Source: Syncephalis fuscata S228 (lineage: Eukaryota > Fungi > Zoopagomycota). From it: a stretch of DNA of 64,000 nucleotides. This document shows, piece by piece, positions 42,135-51,460 of this stretch; position 1 is the first letter of the stretch, and each line of letters starts with the position of its first letter. The notes beneath the pieces are model-generated. The model was not told the DNA's origin, ran no database searches, and worked only from the letters and a program-made list of their open reading frames with translations. Made by a program: the position numbers and the translations under genes. The stretch is from assembly GCA_025786725.1 (NCBI GenBank), contig JAHLTZ010000006.1, forward strand, positions 124,001 through 188,000, written 5' to 3'.

Positions 42135-42730
42135 TCGATATATTTATAATTTAAAAGTGTAGCTAGCTTGTGCATAAAAGTATATACCTGTAAATAATAC
42201 AAGTTTAGCGTTATACTCGGTTTGAAAGGGTAAAAATATTTGAGATTGAGTTGTTGTTGATAAAAGCGGCGGCAAAAGGCATAGTGATGCATTGCAATGC
42301 TCCAATGGAACCAGTATATTTCATTTGCGACGCATGTCCAAATTCTAAACAAGGCAATAGAATTTTATTGCAACTCTACACATATGTACGGAATCGCTGA
42401 AATTGCTGTTTCATCTGGCCCAATCCGAGCATATTGGGTTAAGGCCTAATTACATATTACTATGGCGTTGCTACATCGGTATATGGATGGTTTAAGCTAT
42501 CACATGGATGTGTTTCATTGATTTACATCGCGTATCAGTGTTGTAATTGATAGAACACATTGTTTGGTTCTCCAAAATAGCAATGTATTTAAATAGTCCA
42601 CAAAAAACGCACACTTACCAGTGGCATCATCACATCAAACCCCACTTTCTGCTAAACACCCTCTATTCCTTACGCTGTTTCAAGAATCTTGCAGTATTCA
42701 TTTCACTTTGACTCAACAATCAACATCATC

Positions 42731-44665
42731 ATGAAGCTTTCTATTGCCGTTATCTGCACCCTCGTCGTGGCTTTTGTAGCCAGTACATCCACAGTGGATG
42801 CTAAGCCAGTTTTAGCTGGTCGCAGTAGGTTACAATTATAATAAATATGCAATGCTAATATGTAATAACAACATTGATAGGATGTAAGTGGTGTTGCACG
42901 TTGACTAAATATTTAACTAAATATTGTTTATATTTGCCAAACTAAAATTAGTCAGAGGTAAGCTATATTATATGTCAACTGACAATTTAACTAAATATAT
43001 GTTTCATTTAACACCTTAAATTAATAGCTTGTAAGTACACCATATAATGACTGGATATGCATTAATTATATACCGTTTATTGTGCATGTCAATAACTTAA
43101 CATTAATAGGCAGTAAGTGGCATTGTATATTGATTAGCTGTATACTAATTAAATGTACTGTACTATGTGTATCACAACTTAATACAATAGATCGTAAGTT
43201 TTGCTAAATATTAATTATTTATGTACTAATTGCATTATACGTATAATCTACATCAACCACTTGATACTAATAGTTGGTAAGTGATATTTTGCATTAATTA
43301 ATTGTAAATCAATTACTTACTATGTACCATCTGTATTGACAACTTGATATCAATAGCTTGTAAGTAATATTGTATCTTAATCGAGTTTGCACTAATTGCA
43401 TAATATTGCTGTGTGCATTGACAACTTAATATAATAGGTCGTAAGTAACATTATGTATTAATCGTTTATATACTAACTACATGCTACACATTATGTGAAT
43501 GAACAACTTAATATACTAGCTCGTAAGTAATATTGTATATTAATCAATTAAATAATAATTATATGCTATGCATTATGTAAATGAACAATTTGATACACTA
43601 GGCGGTAAGTAAGATTGTATATTAGTCGACTACACACTAATCATATGTTATTTGACACTTAAATTGATGCTTCAATATTAATAGCCGGTAAGTGGCGTTG
43701 TGCACTAGTTGAATATACACTAATTTCATGCTATCTATTGTTTATATCAACTTAATATTAATAGGAGGTAATTAATATACATATTAATTAGCTATATACT
43801 AACTATATCCTATCTATTGCGTGTATTATCAAATTAATGTCAATAGAAAGTAAGTGATATTTTATAACAATTAGCTAGTACTGACTACATTCTATGCGTT
43901 GTATTTATTAAATAACTTATAGGAATAAATAGTAGGTAATATTATATATCAATTGGCTATGTACTAATTGCATGTTATGCAACGTGTATCAATATTTTAA
44001 TATTATAGCTGGTAAGTGGCATTATATGTCAATGGATTATACACTAATTACATGCTATGTGCTATGTTCGATAACTTGACATCAACAGAGAGTAAGTCGT
44101 ATTATATATTGGCCATCTATATACTAATTACAATTTATTTTCATATCAATAATTTAACACTATTAGAATGTAAGTGCTATTATACAATAATTACTATTTA
44201 CTAATTGCATATTCATTGCATATCAATAACTTAATATTAATAGGCAGTAAGTACTAGCGCATATTAATTAACTATGTATTGCTTATACACTACATGTTTT
44301 TATATCAATAATTTAATGCTAATAGGATGTAAGCGATACTGTATGCTAATTAACTGTTTACTAATTATACGCTCATTGTGTATGTTGATACTGATACTAA
44401 TAGGCGGTAGGTGATAATTTATATTAATTATTTATGCGCTAATTACATATTATATACTTTGTGTATCAATAATTTAACACTACCAGATAGTGAGTAATAT
44501 TATATATTAGTTGATTATGCATTAATTTGTGCAATGTCTTGTGTTTGATAACTTGGCATTAATAGAGAGTAAGTAATACTGTAATTGGTGGTTTATATAC
44601 TAATTAATATTATTTATGTATCTATAGTATTTTCCTCAGCCGATATATTCAAAAAAAGGAATTAG
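42731..44665 (+). CDS. Microexon gene: 24 exons (94-nt signal-peptide exon, 22 microexons of 3/6/9 nt, terminal exon) encoding a predicted 68-aa secreted Cys-patterned peptide
   Basis: Exon 1 is 42731-42824 (MKLSIAVICTLVVAFVASTSTVDAKPVLAGR+A). Then 22 units of YAG|exon|GTRAGY-like donor follow, with branch-point-like motifs in the introns. The terminal exon is 44628-44665. The joined CDS of 207 nt is stop-free until the terminal TAG. Confidence 0.85.
42884..44568 (+). repeat. Degenerate tandem array of ~80-bp intron+microexon units (21 units)
   Basis: Approximate consensus GTAAGTrrYATTrTATATTrAT...TATACTAATTrCAT...TATCAAYAACTTAATATTAATAG-NNN. Period is mostly 77-83 bp, with the first two units 73-74 bp. 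Confidence 0.9.
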
Positions 44666-45306
44666 TAGTGTAATTGAACTACTAATTTAATACACTTCAG
44701 GCGTGCATTCGGTGCAAATCAGGAATTTGACAACTAAGCCGTTTATTTCTTTTACATTAAGATATTACCAATAAGCCTGGATTCAATTGTGTTTATTCAA
44801 CTATTTAGATTTTTAGTAATAAATACATGGTTTCATTCTGATTATATTTGATTAAGTTATTGTCACGATCTGAAAATAGAGCCAAAGGTGTGAAGCTCTT
44901 AAAGATTGCTCAGTATATATATATTTAAATATTTGTGTAGTACATACTCGATACAAATACACGCATAATTTGCCTAACTTCAATAAACACTATCCTCACT
45001 ATACTAGTAGTCTATTATTTAATTAGCTGTTTTATTCATGACAATCTAATGGTTGTAATAATAAGTTAATAAATGTGTAAAATAGCCGTTTTTTATCACC
45101 CATAGCTTATTATAATAACTATAGCTGATAATAGAACCTAAATGCTTCATACTATTTCATTATTAACATAGCGTTATTCGCTCATTTAACTGTTCACATG
45201 GTGTGGTTTTAGACATATTATTATAAAAACATGATCCCACATTGACATTGCAATGGCAGCTTACTTAAACAACAGAATTTATTGTTATTCATTGTACCTA
45301 TACTAA

Positions 45307-47586
45307 CTACATAGGCTGAAGTCCAATAGCAATCAACTTCTTCTCCACATAGTCTTCGATACCGTACTTGGATCCTAATAGTTTAATAAATATATATGAG
45401 TCTCGTGGGTTAATCGTCATATAGCATAGCAATTACCTTCGCGACCTGAGCCCGATTCTTTGACCTATCAATAATAAACAAAATATAATAATTATGATTA
45501 ATTTAATTAATTGCTATTGAGCTATCACTTACTCCACCAAATGGCGTAGCGTCAATACCAAGCGTGCTGGTATTCACACCAACCATACCGGACTCGAGGG
45601 CTTCAGAGATGTGGAAGACTCGGCTAATGTCTCGAGTGTAGACGTAGGCGGCAAGACCAAATTCCGTTTTATTCGCTAGTTCAATCACTTCTTCTTCGGT
45701 GGAGAACTTCTTGATGGCCAACAAGGGTCCGAATGTCTCATCAGATGAGATAAGTGCATCCTCATGCAGATCAGTAAGCAGCGTTGGATGGAAGAAGTAG
45801 CCGTCTTTTTGTCCAGATTGACGTAGCACTTCACGACCATCAAGAAGAACACGGCCACCACGTTCAACAGCATCATCGATATGCTTGTGTACTTTCTCGC
45901 GGCACGTTCCGAGATAAGTGGGCCTGTGGTCACACTTTCGTCGAATCCACTGCCCACACGCAACTTCTTCATCTTCTCAGTAAGCGTGGAAGCAAACTGA
46001 TCGTGAATGCCCTCTTGTATATAGATACGATTAGGAGCGATGCACACCTGGCCAGAGTTCTTTAGCTTGGCTTGCATTAAACCTGATGGAATATATTATT
46101 AATAAAATACTAACTGCTATTCATCCATCAATCTAAGCCTACCTTGAACAGCTTTGTTACATCGGCATCATCTAATATTTGTATAGCGTTAGTAGCTACA
46201 CTCTATCTATTACGTCTATTATTTAATTACCAAAGACAATGAATGGTGCATTGCCACCTAGTTCTACGACACTTTCTTGACACCAGCAGAGCATTGTTCC
46301 ATAATCAATTTACCAACAGCTGTCTATCAAGCATAAATTGTTAATAAAGCTATTTAAGCATTTGATACAAGTATATTGCTTACTGAACCAGTGAATGACA
46401 CTTTGCGCACTATAGAGTGCATGCATAGTTCACGGCCTACATCCTTGACATTTTTGTCGGTAGTAATAACATTGATAACGCCATTGGGAATACCGGCACG
46501 CTTGGCCAGTTCACAAAGGGCCAAAGCAGAATAAGGTGTTTCCGCAGCTAATGTTCATTCAAGAGGCGGTTAGCTAAATGACACGGCATTAATCTAGTCC
46601 CTATTCATTACCTGGCTTAATAACCACCGAGCATCCTGGTAGATATTGAGTTAGATATTTGTGTTTAAATAGTCAACAAATAACAACTTACCAGCAGCTA
46701 ATGCAGCACCGGCCTTGCGTGTTATCATAGCACATGGGAAATCTAAATAATACAATTAGCTAACTAAATGGTAAATAATTTAGTAGTTTACTTACTCCAT
46801 GGCGTCAGAATAGAGCAAACGCCCACTGGTTGGCGGATTACCAAAAAGCGATTGTTATGGTTTGGTGCAGGAATCACGTCACCATAAATACGACGGGACT
46901 CTTCGGCATACCATTGTATAAATGAACGTGAATATTTCACTTCATCAATGGCCTAACAGCGATATGGATTATAAGTATGTGGTTCTTTATACTAATATAA
47001 AGCATCATATAACTTACTTCCTTGTATGGCTAATAACAATAATAAAACAACGGATAGATAAATGATATAATAATAATAATCTTTTCCTACCTTGCCATTT
47101 TCCAATGTTAGAATTGTGGCCAAATCTTTTTCGTGGACCTTCATTAAATTGCTAAATTCTAACAAGATATCATGGCGTTCCTAATTAATTGCAATTACTC
47201 TAATGTTAATACGCTTTTCTTAATACAGCAAACGACTTACTTCACATGTCTTCTTTTTCCAAACGTTATAGCCACGTTGAGCTGCTTGCAAAGCATCTTT
47301 GACGTCATCGACGTTCATTTCTGGCACAGTGCCGATACTTTTGCCAGTAGATGGATCTAGCAGGTTGCATCGTTAGCATCATGCTATCAGCTTATAGCTT
47401 CAATCCATCGGTATAGAACCTACCGACAACTGGAAGTGTATCGCCACTCTTGGCTGCAACCCACTCTCCATCGACGAATGCAGAGGTGCGGAATAGACTG
47501 CTATCTTTTAACTAATTTATTTTAATGTCAGTACAATATAAGTAACAGCAGTCTGAACCTACTTGGTCAATACGAGGGTGCGACAT
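45307..47586 (-). CDS. UGA2: Succinate-semialdehyde dehydrogenase (ALDH5/UGA2/GabD-like), ~14 exons
   Basis: [122 protein letters not shown]. Confidence 0.93.
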
Positions 47587-48390
47587 TGTTGAGTAATGAA
47601 ATAGACAAGAGCTGCGTGCAGAAAAAAAGTAAAGACGGTATGGTTTGAGTAGCGTGCGTTGTGCAGAAAAGCGATAAAACATGGTGCTGCCTCAAACAAT
47701 TCCAGTTGATTTTAATAGCAATATGATATTTGTAAGCACGGCACAGGAACAAGCCGAAATGTATCGGTTCCTTAAGAACTGAAACTAAACAATATGACGT
47801 GCTGCTATGATTATTAATGCACACGGTACAGCAAACCAATGTATAAGATAGATATTGAGAATGAGCCAATGCTTATCTATTTGCTAATACGTGGGGCTTC
47901 ACTTGAGTAGCTTCATCTATAGTGGCAAAATGACGATGCTTGTTTTAATTTGTTGCGGTGAATACGTAATGGATGGCTGTTTCAAACACGTTAATTCTAT
48001 CACCAAAAAGGTAATTAAAAACGTGCATATGAAAGACTATGGTGATTGGTCCAACACCACTCACACAATTAATACCAACTCTGTACTAAAAATAACAATA
48101 TACTAAGCTGTAAACAATATTCATATACTACATATTTTATTACTAATAAAAGTTTTTAATTAGTTTTGTTTCTCGTCTTTATCTTACATCAAGCAAATAT
48201 AATTAAATTAAAATATCCAGCTATGGCCTGGAGTATAACATAGGGCATAATATAAACATTAGCAACACTAGCTAACTAAACTGAAATACAAATTAAAGCT
48301 ATTTAATAAATAATACTTGTGTAAAATGTTATTCATAAGCGCAACATACGAATAAACCGAAAGATATTGATTTATTAATAACAATCTAAA

Positions 48391-49499
48391 TTACTGACGT
48401 TTTCCACGCTTGCGCTTTGTTGGCGTGCTTGCTTCTGGCTTCACTGATGGTTCCGGTTTATTTGTTGTAAACTTGGTTGTCTTATCATTTGTTACAACTT
48501 TATCGGCACTGTCTATTGCTGTACCATTGCTGCTATCTTGATTCTTATTGATATTATTGTTGCTATCATTATTGCTTTCATCATCAGAACTGCTTATATC
48601 GCCTACATCCTCATCCCTAATCCATGTATGATTATTAATGCTATTAATTAGTAGCAATTACTTACCACATAGCAAATGCTGATACTGCTGGTCCTTTGCC
48701 TTTATCCAAAGCTGATGAAGAGGATGACGACGATGATATAGGTGATCCAGTGTCATTTGTTTTATCAGCAAGAGCTGTCTGAACATCGTCCTTTACTTCC
48801 TCCTGTTGAATGGCTATAGCAATTCTATAAGTTATGTCTAACTCCACCCACTATACTTGTAACTTACCTTGTTGCACAGCCAATCTTACATCTTCTTGAA
48901 TACGCTCATTATCCTCAAAGTACGCAGTATCATCAAAGCGGTGTTTCTTGTTAAGTGGTTCCTTGTTGTACTTTGCAATCTTTTTCTTTATTTTATCCTT
49001 CTTTTGTTGCTGTCGATCCTCTTCGCCTTCCATATAATTGGCCAATCTATATATATATATATATATATATAAGTATTAATAAAAAACTTAATACCACTTT
49101 ACTTTTTACTTACGCCTTAGCCCGCTTTACCGTCTTTAGTCGGCGTCCGTTAAGATCGCGGCAACTATCAAAGTTTGTCGCCTTTCTAGCAGCCAACCGT
49201 GCACCCATCTTTCGCAATTCACTACCAAAACCGCCCTTACCTCCACCCATACGCATACTGAGCGACAGGTAGATGATGCGTTCGTGGCTATTGGCATTGC
49301 CCACTGGACAAAGTGCCGAGAGTGGCATATCTACAGACGAACAGACTAGTCCACCTGCTGTTGTTAGTCGTTGCATATCCATAGGAATGCCCGTTGCAGC
49401 CACCAATCGTGATTGCACCTCGCTCATCGTCAATCCGTCTGACTCAAGGTCAATAACGACGGATGGACGATTGACTTGTGATACAATAGCACTAATCAT
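48391..49499 (-). CDS. SDE2: SDE2 ubiquitin-fold-activated splicing factor, 4 exons
   Basis: UBL-like N-terminus ending RMGGG|KGGFGSELR, followed by ATNFDSCRDLNGRRLKTVKRAK, the Sde2 signature. Confidence 0.93.
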
Positions 49500-49630
49500 A
49501 GTGACAGATGAATAAGTAGAAGACGGATTGAGGAAGAAAAAGATATTAGACTGAAAATAGTCACATTAATTAAGTGTGCTTCATTTATTAATGCAACTCA
49601 ATATTTTCTATTAGTAAATATAACATATTA

Positions 49631-50792
49631 TTAGTTCCATCCCCAGTCATCGTCTTCATTGTCGTTCTCTTGGCTATCATTGCCATTGCCGCCATTACTG
49701 TTACGTTTATTGGTGCGTCTAATATTTCTATTATCCCCATCTTCGCCTCCATCAGAACTGCCTAATTGCCAGGGTGTACTGTCCATAGGATACACCTCTC
49801 CTGGAAGATGGCCATGCTCTATGGCTTCTTCATCAATCTCATCTATTGTTCGACGAGCTAGTCGATAAATATAAAAGGTTACGCCTATACCGAATGACAT
49901 TGCTATTATACCAAGTATAATTTTGCCCGGTGATGGATGTTGGAATAGCGCATCTGTCAAGCTTTCCAGGTTTGCACCAATGATTACATGTGTAATAACT
50001 TTAGCAAGAGAGACTCCTGTAGCAATGGCAAATGTCTTTAAAGAGATGCCAGACAACGAAAGCAAAGCATTCATTAGACTGTATGGATACGGTGCCAGTC
50101 TGACTAGTATTAAAAGCTATTTTGATTGTATAATTTAGTAGTTTGTTTTATATGTATCTGCCAACCTACTTTAATGCCTTTTCGACTGACTGCCTTCAAC
50201 ACTGCGCCCAAATGGGGCGAACTATTGACGAGCTGCTGTGTATAATGCCGTCCAAATTTCTGACAAATAATAAAACAAGCACATGCACCTGATAATGCAC
50301 TAAGGACAGATACAGTAAAGCCCAGTGGGACACCATAGACATAACCAGCAAATGTAGCCAATGTGCCATATCCCGGTACAAATGGGAAACTTGTCGCAAA
50401 TATAAGGCTCATAACAATTAGTGCGCCTCTATAAATATACAATTCACTACAATTAGCCGATAAACATGTTTTAGTCGAACTACGCACCCTAATCCATGAT
50501 CGTTAAGCCAAACACTGAGTTCTTGTAAGAGATGAAGAAATGCGCTATAATTTACTAGGAAAAAAACACCAATAACTGTATAAATAGCGCCAATAACTAG
50601 TATTGGTAGAAAGCGACGTAATCGCGCCGGTAGATAGGCTGTAAAGCGGTCAAGTATACGCGGACCCGAGTGCGATTGTTTTGTTCTAGCGGTCACTAGA
50701 CCAACATTGTCTGCATCCATGTTTAATACAGCGCTACTCTCTAGCCTGTTTATATCGCTAGCGTGTCCATACTGGCTATGTTGTGTGGCCAT
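49631..50792 (-). CDS. TVP38: TVP38/TMEM64-like DedA/VTT (SNARE-associated Golgi) membrane protein, 3 exons
   Basis: FPFVPGYGTLATFAGYVYGVPLGF...ACFIICQKFGR, LILVRLAPYPYSLMNALLS. Confidence 0.88.
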
Positions 50793-51460
50793 GATGAACA
50801 AGCAATGGGCTACAAGCTATAGAATAGAAAAGAATATGGCGACGTGCATTAATGGCGGATAAAATCATGTAAATATACTTTTGTGTATTTAAAGTGAGTT
50901 ACAATCATTACAAGTAAAACAGTCTTTAATACGCTACTCTAGTATGTATTATATAGAATATCATTTTAATGAAACAGCTTTATATTAAATGTTTAGTACC
51001 ATTAATACTATAATTGCAATATACTTCTTATATGGACATCCATTAATCATAATAGTATGTGTAAACATGCTAATTGTAATCAACAACATTAAATAGATTA
51101 CTTTTACATTTTACGCTATTATTAATTATTACTTTTATTCATTCATATGAAATACTAATCTTACATAGTCACTGGACAAGTCAATAGCTAATTAAATAAG
51201 TAAGTAAATAAGCTACGCTAATAACAGTAAATGATATATCAACACCATCCAGCTATGCTAATTCTACGAATCCACCAATAACAATTATTTCACGTGCTCT
51301 TTTACCCACACTCACGTCTTTTAACCGGTAACGAAGTGCCGTCGGCAATCTCGGCCCAGATCACATCCGGTGGGTGCTTATATGAACTGGAAGTGGTGGC
51401 CACGCACACACACTTGGCTACACATATCTTTCTTTATCTTCTACGCTAAACTACAACACC

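Noticed and set aside
44016-44204. 62-aa ORF in the ORF track within the array
   Set aside because: It runs through intron sequence, has a non-ATG start and has AT-rich non-coding composition.
42884-44568. CRISPR-like array or plain minisatellite
   Set aside because: The context is eukaryotic with no cas genes. Units are degenerate, the conserved parts are splice signals, and the variable 3-nt parts join into a sensible ORF.
42881-44568. Reading the triplets in phase 0 (D-SE-L-A-I-L-L-V-L-A-P...)
   Set aside because: The strong donor after exon 1 (GTAGGT at 42825) is phase 1 and no comparable phase-0 donor is present. Phase 1 yields the Cys pattern.
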